A stretch of 64,000 nucleotides of DNA from Bacteroidota bacterium (GTDB lineage: Bacteria > Bacteroidota > Ignavibacteria > UBA10030 > UBA6906), in assembly GCA_019637975.1 (NCBI GenBank), contig JAHBUR010000007.1:85997-149996 (forward strand). The letters run 5' to 3'. A program made the translations under genes and the position numbers. Below the pieces are notes generated by a model. That model searched no databases and had not been told where the DNA came from. It saw only the letters and a list, made by a program, of their open reading frames with translations. This document shows, piece by piece, positions 19,901 to 27,250 of this stretch (position 1 is its first letter; every line of letters begins with the position of its first letter).

Positions 19901-21355
19901 GTGACCATGTCGCTGAAGTTCAACAAGCTGAACTATGCCATTGATGAAGTCGTGAGTATTGAGACCCGGCTTTCGCAAGGCGGGCAATCTCCGGGTGGCG
20001 AACATGTATTTGGCGGCGGCCCGATTACTGACGCGGAGGTTTTGGCCGATGTGATAGTGCCGGGAAGTCCCGGGTTCCAGACTGTTGCTTTAACACACAC
20101 CGGAGCGGGAATTTACGGGGGTTCATTCACCAATACGGCAGTCGGAGGGAGCTACAAATTTATAGTCCGTGCCCGCGGTCAGGTTGCCGCTGCCGATAGT
20201 TTCAAACGGCAAGTCGAGCAATCGGTATATGTTCTTGCCCCGTTTTCCACAAATGCGGTTTTGTTTGCCGGTGCCGGAATCGACCTCGGGGCGGATGTTG
20301 TTGTGAATTCGGGCGATGTCATTGTTAATAATGCCCGACCCGGAAGTCAGGTCGAGTTGTCACTCGGGGCCAAAGCAACAACTCCTGCCGGATTCAGCGT
20401 GCGTGCCAACAGAATATCGCTGAAGAGTCATGCGAAAGTATTCGGAGATGCGTACTATAATAGCCTCACAAATCAGGGAACAATCAGCGGTTCGCGGAAC
20501 ACGCCTCTGAGTCTCCCGGTTGTTCCGGCCCTTCCGCCGTTCGAAACGGCGACAGCCGGAACGCAGGACATCACGGTTGCCACCAAAAAGGCGACATCAA
20601 TTGCTCCGGGAACATACCGGGATATTGTGGTGCAACCGCAGGCAACGCTAACTTTCAATGGTGGAGGTGTCTACCAATTCAGATCGATTACAACGAAAAG
20701 CAAGTCAAGGCTGCTGTTTAACGGACAAAGCCGCGTTCGCGTCGTCAAGGACGTGAATGCCGATGCCGACACGTACATCGGGCCGGCACAAGGAAGCCCG
20801 ATTGACGCATCAGGAATTCTCTTCTTTGTCGGCGGTACGGGAACACAAGCAGTCGTACTCGGCCCGAAGGCCATCGTATTTGCCAACTTCTATGCTCCGA
20901 ACGGAAACATCACGTTCAAGGCACAGACGGAGGCTACGGGCGCCTTCCTCGCCAATACCATCAATGCCGATGCAAAAGCGATGATTACTTTGGGGAGCGC
21001 ATTCTCCGGAATCCTCAAGCCTGCCGCAGGCGGATGGACACTCGAGCCGGAGGCAATGAACGGGGAAGGAATCCCGACCACGTTTGCCTTGGAACAAAAC
21101 TACCCCAATCCTTTCAATCCTGCCACTACTATCCGGTTTGCGTTGCCAGAGCAGCGTACCGTGAGCATTGTGGTGTACGACATCCTCGGCAGAGCCGTAA
21201 GAACCCTGGTTCAAAATACGTACGACGCAGGGCGATATGATGTTGTATGGGACGGGAAGAACGACCAGGGACAGCAGGTCAGCAGCGGCGTGTTCTTCTG
21301 CCACATGAAAGCGGGAGAGTTTTTAGAACAGAAGAAGATGATGTTCTTGAAGTAA
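16934..21355 (+). CDS. 1473-aa mosaic T9SS-secreted protein: beta-sandwich, parallel beta-helix, metzincin-like HExxHxxGxxD peptidase motif, vWA-like segment, GLTWQG repeats, T9SS C-terminal domain
   Basis: Signal peptide. VIVTNTLDSGGGSLRDALAVTNAS beta-helix N-cap with NxIxxN-like rungs. HEIGHYSGLGD plus a downstream VTMYG Met-turn. DVILVFDGAGTF...GGTSFLGQGL vWA-like segment. C-terminal NYPNPFNPATTIRFALPEQRTVSIVVYDILGRAV... sorting domain. Confidence 0.8.
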   Translation: MIMKKNSGISVRAILITLATILFGSQPMAQAQPNSTVVPYLGTGYKYMQVSWGLLSGFESPGYDDNAWATGDAGFGSIGGCTLNTTANVKTSWSVNTDILVRKWFSLPGGARNVMIRIAIDNDVQVFFNGQDVSGGLRTREGCAVRDSYVFGVPDEFLVTGSNLLAIRGRDRGSESYLDAEVLADIPVTVIVTNTLDSGGGSLRDALAVTNASKAIDTIKFNIPGTGVRTISPASPLPTIDRPVVIDGTTQPGFAGTPLIALNGVDAPDHTNGFHITGGSSTIKGLMISGFHAHGIKISVLSYNTILENAITGNGKAGIVVVSGLGNRISRNRIYENGELGIDLSDNGITPNQPPSRPPTPRPETSSLPNFGQNYPVLYYADVESSFVRGSVNSWPHNLLTIEVFRNDVIDPTGFGEGKTFIGTATFRSDANGNAVFSIPSLVPLSAGQFLSATATDSAGNTSEFSGNIIVGVRTKIYGDHFVVNTTFSGIPLRWANGEGVYSLSTDIPPSFIPPIDNAFGTWSALPQLNYSKVGSPSNNVWGGLPDGVNNVAWITSSWIYITGADPGTIAVTRVRYNSVTGEFTDVDIAFNAEHFPFVIVPPNPSPADTAGKKDVQNVATHEIGHYSGLGDIYDPGYPQYVPFMGEGNDFVTMYGFIKNGEVSKRELHPPDTAGIGYIFRSIPQSRVDVILVFDGAGTFASTEQAFEPAKNSALELVQKLRVGDRIGIVRLPNTVVSDLISIQDNASRQLASTRIEAMAAGGTSFLGQGLQTAQSVLNTSPLMNQGRAMILFSAGDNNGTPDALSVLPSLKTSQTRLFTLGFAGNPGQDLSSRLADSTGGSYHLASDTTLSQIVNEIWNTITGTQLLADTTFLSNAPGLTWQGGLTWQGGLTWQGAVDPGTSLLLPGLTWQGSTFLLSLLPPTPGDTITPFNYTNFPGVEHITGPTFAFYRIRNAAPGIWRLHVNGANTTPEPPSPEELRLSLVAITDVTMSLKFNKLNYAIDEVVSIETRLSQGGQSPGGEHVFGGGPITDAEVLADVIVPGSPGFQTVALTHTGAGIYGGSFTNTAVGGSYKFIVRARGQVAAADSFKRQVEQSVYVLAPFSTNAVLFAGAGIDLGADVVVNSGDVIVNNARPGSQVELSLGAKATTPAGFSVRANRISLKSHAKVFGDAYYNSLTNQGTISGSRNTPLSLPVVPALPPFETATAGTQDITVATKKATSIAPGTYRDIVVQPQATLTFNGGGVYQFRSITTKSKSRLLFNGQSRVRVVKDVNADADTYIGPAQGSPIDASGILFFVGGTGTQAVVLGPKAIVFANFYAPNGNITFKAQTEATGAFLANTINADAKAMITLGSAFSGILKPAAGGWTLEPEAMNGEGIPTTFALEQNYPNPFNPATTIRFALPEQRTVSIVVYDILGRAVRTLVQNTYDAGRYDVVWDGKNDQGQQVSSGVFFCHMKAGEFLEQKKMMFLK
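19568..19621 (+). repeat. three tandem 18-bp repeats encoding GLTWQG (fourth copy at 19655-19672)
   Basis: ggactcacgtggcaagga / gggttgacgtggcagggt / ggtttgacatggcagggg read directly. The variation is mostly synonymous. Confidence 0.8.
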
Positions 21356-21497
21356 GGCCGGACTTGCATAATCTTCCGGTCGTCACTACCTTTACACCGG
21401 AAGCTGTTGTGATGAGGAGGTGTCATGAAGCGATTGTGACACCTCTTCTGTTTTTCAAGAAAGTAGCCCATCAGTGATTCGGAAACACAAGCACGCG

Positions 21498-24400
21498 ATG
21501 TTATTCATTACAGGTTGCAGAGTTGCGGCCCTTTTTCTTGCTGTCCTGCTCGTTTACGCGAATTCCTTTTCCCAAGCCAAACTCAGGTTCTCGCATCTGG
21601 ACGTCCGGCACGGGCTTTCCCAGAGTTCGGTGACATGCATCTTTCAGGATAGTCAAGGATTCATGTGGCTTGGAACGCAGGAAGGCCTCAACAGATTCGA
21701 CGGATACACCTTTGTCGTCTTCAAGCATAACCCGGCCGACGAAAGGAGCCTGAACGGCAACTTCATCGTTTCCATTTACGAAGATAAGGACGGTGTTCTG
21801 TGGTTTGAGACACTCACCAATGCCGAGGTTCTCAACCGGTTCGACAAACTCACAGAGACGTTTACGGAGGTACAAAAGGACAGCATTGACCTGAAGAATG
21901 CAAAATTCAGTTCAGTTTTTCCCTGGTATGAGGATCATGCAGGCGTTCGCTGGGAAAGGAAGCCCGGCGGAGGGCTGAGGAAGCTTGATACAAAAACCGG
22001 CATTCAAACGGAATACAAGAATGACCCCGCCAACCCCCGAAGTCTGAGTGACAACAGAGTATATTCCGTGTACGGAGATCGCTCGGGCACGATATGGATA
22101 GGAACCCGTGGTGCCCTCGAACGCTACGATCCGGCAACCGATTCCTTCATCCACTACAAAAAGGAAGTCGGCAATCCGAATTCGCTGAGCGACAATTGGG
22201 TGTGGCCCATTTTTGAGGATCAACTAGGCACGCTATGGGTCGGCACGGTGAACAGCGGCTTGAACAGGTTTGATCGGGAGTCGGGCGTATTCACGAGCTA
22301 CCAGCATGAGGATACCGACCCGAGAAGCTTGAGCAGCAATTGGATTTTTTCCATTTATCAGGATCGGTCGGGGCTTCTATGGGTTGGCACAAGCGGAGGC
22401 GGCGTGAACACGTTTCATCCGGGTTTGACTTCGTTCACCCATTACGCGAGAGATTCCCGGAATCCGAACAGCCTGAACGACAACCAGGTGAGAACAATCC
22501 ACGTGGATCGTTCAGGCATTGCATGGATCGGAACGCCCGGCGGCCTCAATCGTCTGGATAAAGCGAAGAAAACCTTCACCCACTATAAATCCGATCCCGC
22601 CAACCCGAAAAGTCTGGGAGATGTTCCGAATGTTATTTATGAAGATCGTTCAGGTGTGTTGTGGGTTGGAACGATGAGTAACGGCCTCGACCGGTTCGAC
22701 CGGCAGACGGGAACGTTCATACATTATCGCCGCGATCCCGCCAATCCGAAAAGCCTCAGCGATAACAGAATCTATGCATTGCTCGAAGACAGGAAGGGCA
22801 CGTTTTGGGTCGGGACAAACGGCGGCGGGTTGAATAAATTCGAAAGGGCATCCGGAACATTCAAAACGTACAACCATGATCCGAATATTCCGGCCAGTTT
22901 GAGTGCAAGAACGGTATGGGCAATTCACGAAGACCATGAGGGTGTGTTGTGGGTCGGAACAGCCGCCGGCGGCCTCAACCGGTTTGATCCTGAAACGGAA
23001 ACATTCACCGCTTTCAAGAATGACAAGTCAAATCCCTCAAGTCTGAGCGACGATGTTGTCGTTTGTATCTATGAAGATCGGCTGCATAACCTCTGGGTCG
23101 GTACTACCGGCGGGTTGAACCGGCTCGACCGCGCAACGGGGAACTTCACAATCTATCGTGAGACGGAGGGCCTGCCGAACAACAGCATCTTCGGAATTCT
23201 GGAAGACGGGAAGGGATATCTCTGGCTCAGCACCAACAAGGGATTGTCGAGATTCGATCCGGTGAATGAAACGTTCCGCAACTACGATGCGAGCGACGGC
23301 TTACAAGGGGAAGATTTCAATCAGAATGCCTATGCAAAGAACTATTCCACCGGTGAAATGTACTTCGGAGGCAACGGCGGCTTCAACGTTTTCCATCCTG
23401 ACCGCGTGCAGGACAATCCGTTCGTTCCGCCCGTCGTCTTCAGTACATTTCGCAGATACAATACGGATGACAGTGAAGGAAAGGCTATCGAAGAACGGGG
23501 CATTCCTGTAAGAGACAAGATTGAGTTAACGTACAAAGACAATATCGCAACATTCGAATTTGCCGCGCTGAGCTACTACAACGTGTTCAAGAACCGTTAC
23601 ACGTACAAGCTGGAAGGCTTCAGCGACAACTGGATTCAGCTCGGCACCGAGCACAGGGCAACGTTCACCAACCTCGATCCCGGCACTTACACTCTGCGTG
23701 TGAAAGGCTCGAACAACGACGGCGTGTGGAACGAGCAAGGCACGGCAATGATTCTCATGGTCACTCCGCCCTGGTGGAAAACAGCCTGGGCTTATGCGGG
23801 ATATGTGTTGATGTTCTTTGGAGTGCTGTATCAGCTTCGCAAGTTTGAAATCAACCGGCGGGAGCAGAAGGCACTTGTGCGGGAATCCGAACTGCGGGCG
23901 AAGGCTGCGGAAGCGGAAAAGCGGGCGCTGGAAGCCGAAAACGAACGCAAGACGAAGGAATTGGAAGAGGCGCGGCAACTTCAACTCTCCATGCTTCCTC
24001 GCGAAGTACCGAAACTCCCTCATCTGGAGATTGCCGTGTTCATGAAAACTGCGACCGAGGTAGGCGGCGACTATTACGATTTCCATCTCGCGGAAGACGG
24101 CACACTCAGCATCGCGTGCGGCGACGCAACCGGACACGGCATGCAGGCAGGAACTGTGGTTACATTGACGAAAGGACTCTTTACATCGGATGCTTCCCGG
24201 CTCGATATCAAATCATTCCTGAACCATTGCAGCAAAGCAATCAAGGATATCAAGTTGGGCCGGCTGCTGATGGCCATGACGCTCGTAAAAATCAACAATC
24301 ACAAGATTTCCTTCGCAACGGCCGGGATGCCGCCCGTTTTCATTTGCAGAAACGGCAGCGGAACGGTTGAAGAGGTATTGCTCAAAGGCATGCCGTTAGG

Positions 24401-24668
24401 TGCAATGAGAAATTTTCCCTACATTATCCACGAGGAAGAATTGCAGGCCGGCGATTCACTGCTAATGCTGACCGACGGCCTGCCCGAGCAGAAGAACGCC
24501 GCTGGAGAAATGTTCGACTATGCCCGGGTTCACGAGGTGTTGAAGGAGGCGGCAGGCGAAACACCGCAAGAGTTGATCAACCGGCTCGCATTGTCGGGCG
24601 ACGAGTGGATGAAGGGGGCTGTGCAGGAAGACGACATCACGATGATTGCCGTAAAGATGAAGGATTGA
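21498..24668 (+). CDS. hybrid sensor: periplasmic beta-propeller (two-component-regulator propeller repeats) + Y_Y_Y domain + TM + coiled coil + PP2C/SpoIIE-type Ser phosphatase
   Basis: At least 12 repeats of the D/NxxxxSLSDNxVxxIxEDxxGxLWVGT type. TM segment WWKTAWAYAGYVLMFFGVLY. Coiled coil (ELRAKAAEAEKRALEAENERKTKELEEARQ). PP2C motifs GGDYYDF and LLMLTDGLPE. The ORF-track GTG at 21474 is also possible. Confidence 0.8.
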   Translation: MLFITGCRVAALFLAVLLVYANSFSQAKLRFSHLDVRHGLSQSSVTCIFQDSQGFMWLGTQEGLNRFDGYTFVVFKHNPADERSLNGNFIVSIYEDKDGVLWFETLTNAEVLNRFDKLTETFTEVQKDSIDLKNAKFSSVFPWYEDHAGVRWERKPGGGLRKLDTKTGIQTEYKNDPANPRSLSDNRVYSVYGDRSGTIWIGTRGALERYDPATDSFIHYKKEVGNPNSLSDNWVWPIFEDQLGTLWVGTVNSGLNRFDRESGVFTSYQHEDTDPRSLSSNWIFSIYQDRSGLLWVGTSGGGVNTFHPGLTSFTHYARDSRNPNSLNDNQVRTIHVDRSGIAWIGTPGGLNRLDKAKKTFTHYKSDPANPKSLGDVPNVIYEDRSGVLWVGTMSNGLDRFDRQTGTFIHYRRDPANPKSLSDNRIYALLEDRKGTFWVGTNGGGLNKFERASGTFKTYNHDPNIPASLSARTVWAIHEDHEGVLWVGTAAGGLNRFDPETETFTAFKNDKSNPSSLSDDVVVCIYEDRLHNLWVGTTGGLNRLDRATGNFTIYRETEGLPNNSIFGILEDGKGYLWLSTNKGLSRFDPVNETFRNYDASDGLQGEDFNQNAYAKNYSTGEMYFGGNGGFNVFHPDRVQDNPFVPPVVFSTFRRYNTDDSEGKAIEERGIPVRDKIELTYKDNIATFEFAALSYYNVFKNRYTYKLEGFSDNWIQLGTEHRATFTNLDPGTYTLRVKGSNNDGVWNEQGTAMILMVTPPWWKTAWAYAGYVLMFFGVLYQLRKFEINRREQKALVRESELRAKAAEAEKRALEAENERKTKELEEARQLQLSMLPREVPKLPHLEIAVFMKTATEVGGDYYDFHLAEDGTLSIACGDATGHGMQAGTVVTLTKGLFTSDASRLDIKSFLNHCSKAIKDIKLGRLLMAMTLVKINNHKISFATAGMPPVFICRNGSGTVEEVLLKGMPLGAMRNFPYIIHEEELQAGDSLLMLTDGLPEQKNAAGEMFDYARVHEVLKEAAGETPQELINRLALSGDEWMKGAVQEDDITMIAVKMKD

Positions 24669-24673
24669 CCCCC

Positions 24674-25090
24674 ATGCATGATACCGTAGCTTTGAAAATC
24701 GAACTTCCTAAGATTCCCGATATCGAGTTGGTTGCGATTGAAGGGCTGGAACGTCTCGGCCGCCATCTCGGAATCACCGACGAGAAAGTTGGGGAAGCCC
24801 GCGTACTCGTTACAGAAGCGATCATCAATGCGCTGGAACATGCAGGCGAAGAGAACCCGGTTGTCCAGGTCGAATTCACGATGTCCAAACAAGAGTTGAC
24901 GATTTTTGTCAGGGATTACGGGAAGGGATTCCAGCCTTCGGCAATTCAATCGCCGGACATCGGGAAGAAATTCGGCTCGAAAGACAAGCGCGGGTGGGGA
25001 TTGCATCTGATGAAATCAATGTCGGATGATTTCCGCATCGAGTCGAAAGAAACAGGAACAAAGATTACGCTCATCAAGAAACTGACGTAG
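24674..25090 (+). CDS. RsbW/SpoIIAB-like anti-sigma factor Ser kinase (GHKL ATPase)
   Basis: N-box EAIINALEHAG, G1 DYGKGF, G2 GWGLHLMKSM. The ATG sits 6 nt after the sensor-phosphatase stop. Confidence 0.75.
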   Translation: MHDTVALKIELPKIPDIELVAIEGLERLGRHLGITDEKVGEARVLVTEAIINALEHAGEENPVVQVEFTMSKQELTIFVRDYGKGFQPSAIQSPDIGKKFGSKDKRGWGLHLMKSMSDDFRIESKETGTKITLIKKLT

Positions 25091-25098
25091 GATCGACA

Positions 25099-25449
25099 AT
25101 GGAACAAGAGTTTACACTGACATCAGAAGTGCAGGACGGGTGTCTGGTGATTGCAACATCGGGATATGTCAACAACAAAGGCGGCGAAGCGATTGCGCAG
25201 GAGTTCAGCAAGCATTTTGACGCCGGCATCAAGCGCGTGATCATCAACCTGGCGCAATCAAAAGTTGTCAACTCCATCGGCATGTCTTTTCTGATCGAGA
25301 TCATCGAACGGCTGGAAGAAACAGGCGGCAAGCTCGTGTTCACCAACTTGGATCCCGGTGTCGAGAAGATGCTTTCTATTATGGGATTGTTCAACTTTGC
25401 AGGGAAAGAAAAGACCGTGCAGGATGCCCTCAAGTCATTCTCAATATAG
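25099..25449 (+). CDS. STAS-domain anti-sigma-factor antagonist (RsbV/SpoIIAA-like)
   Basis: 116 aa. VVNSIGMSFLIEII matches the phospho-acceptor region, with NSIG in place of the usual DSSG. Confidence 0.75.
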   Translation: MEQEFTLTSEVQDGCLVIATSGYVNNKGGEAIAQEFSKHFDAGIKRVIINLAQSKVVNSIGMSFLIEIIERLEETGGKLVFTNLDPGVEKMLSIMGLFNFAGKEKTVQDALKSFSI

Positions 25450-25466
25450 CAGTTGCGGGCACCCAC

Positions 25467-27065
25467 GTGGCATCTCAGCATCTCGTTGACCGGCTTTCTG
25501 TTCAAATTGATTCATTGCAGGATGGATTTGAAGCCCTCACTCGTGCTACGAACCTGAAAGAACTGTCCCGACAGTTCTTCCATCTTCTTCGCGGAAATTT
25601 CGTCACGTCGGAAATCTCCATTTATCGAAAACAGAAATCCGCCGACTTATGGGAATTTCTGTACGGCAAAGGGCACGAAAGCTCCGAATATCTCGGCGAA
25701 GCGTCAACGACGTTTGCGTTGAAGGGATTCGGCGGAAAAGATCCGAAACTGACTGCCGTTCAGCCGCTGGTGGATAAATCATCGGCGGGCGTTGTACTGG
25801 GACGCAAGCTCGACGGCAGCACGTATTCATCCCTCGACAAAATCTCACTTCAGATTTTTCTCCAACTCTTCGCAAATGCGTATCAGGCACACCTTCAGCA
25901 ACGCAAAGAGAAGGAACTCATCTTTTCTCTCAATCACCGTCTGCTGCAACTGAACAGCCTCATCGATACCGGTATCGAATTGACGAGGCCGAGAAAGGGA
26001 GTCTCGCCCCCTGTTCTTGCTCTTGAGCGGGCCGCGGTTCTGACCAACGCATCGTGGGGTACATACAAGAAAACCGTTCAGGGGCAGTCAATGGAAGAAC
26101 TGGTTTTCCCGGCCGGGACGAAGCCGCATCGTATCAAGGACAAGCGCCATCGCATTCATGCGGGATTCAAGTTTCGTGATGCAACATACGCGTTCAATCT
26201 GTACGAAAAGGAAAGCCGGGCAGGCACAATCCCGTTTGACGAAACCGACACGATGCTTCTTGCTGCTGTGTGCCGTCAGGTTCATGCAGTGATTGAAAAC
26301 CAGTTTCTGCATAATGAAGAGTTGGAGAAGCAAAAAATCGAGCAGGATATTGCTGTTGCCGCGGCAATACAAAAGCGGATAATACCGGAAAGACTTCCCG
26401 CAATCCCGGGCTACGATCTGTTCGGTATCAATATTCCGACCAAGGCGGTCGGGGGGGATTATTACGATTGTATTCCTTTAGCGAACGGAACGTATGCGTT
26501 CATCATGGCGGATGTCGCGGGGAAGGGCGTTCCTGCCGCGTTGCTGGTCAGCAGTTTTCATGCTTATCTGACGGCGTATCTTGAGGTGGAATTTTCCTTG
26601 CTGACGCTGGCGCAGAAACTCAACAGCGCAATGTACCGTTCGTCTACTCCCGAACGGTATATTACCGGTATCGTCGGTGTTCTCAATCCGTCGACGGGAG
26701 AGTTGGAGACGATCAACGCCGGGCACAATCCGATGTACGTTCACCGGAACAACAGTACGGTGGAGGAATATGCGAATGGCGGCATAGCATTCGGCATGCT
26801 CGACATCGACTTTCCGTATCAGAGTGATCGGATCATCATCCAACCGGGAGAACGCGTGTTGCTGTACACGGACGGCGTTCCCGAGGCGATGAACAGCGAC
26901 GAAAAGCTCTACGACACGAATGATTCGTTCAAGAAATTCATGATCAACAACCGGCCGGAAGGCGCGGAGCATTTCATACATTCGCTCATGAGCGATGTTT
27001 CCTCCTTCACAGGGTCGGCTCCGCAAAGCGACGACATTACTGCCCTGTATCTTCTTCGACGTTAA
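25467..27065 (+). CDS. PP2C/SpoIIE-type Ser phosphatase (RsbU-like) with N-terminal sensory region
   Basis: AVGGDYYDCIPLANGTYAFIMADVAGKGVPAAL and LLYTDGVPEAMN PP2C motifs. GTG start. Confidence 0.75.
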   Translation: MASQHLVDRLSVQIDSLQDGFEALTRATNLKELSRQFFHLLRGNFVTSEISIYRKQKSADLWEFLYGKGHESSEYLGEASTTFALKGFGGKDPKLTAVQPLVDKSSAGVVLGRKLDGSTYSSLDKISLQIFLQLFANAYQAHLQQRKEKELIFSLNHRLLQLNSLIDTGIELTRPRKGVSPPVLALERAAVLTNASWGTYKKTVQGQSMEELVFPAGTKPHRIKDKRHRIHAGFKFRDATYAFNLYEKESRAGTIPFDETDTMLLAAVCRQVHAVIENQFLHNEELEKQKIEQDIAVAAAIQKRIIPERLPAIPGYDLFGINIPTKAVGGDYYDCIPLANGTYAFIMADVAGKGVPAALLVSSFHAYLTAYLEVEFSLLTLAQKLNSAMYRSSTPERYITGIVGVLNPSTGELETINAGHNPMYVHRNNSTVEEYANGGIAFGMLDIDFPYQSDRIIIQPGERVLLYTDGVPEAMNSDEKLYDTNDSFKKFMINNRPEGAEHFIHSLMSDVSSFTGSAPQSDDITALYLLRR

Positions 27066-27250
27066 CTTCGCCACACTCCATTCGTTGTTCCGAATCAGCA
27101 TCAGGTCGGGGATAGCAAAAGAATCTCAAATTCCTTATCATGTTCAGTACCTTTTTCAGCGTGCAGATCGACACTCAAAAAGGGCATTATTCGTCGGTGG
27201 AGCCCGCTTTTCGGGGTTTCGCCATTTCCAACGGGGGAAACACACAAGCG

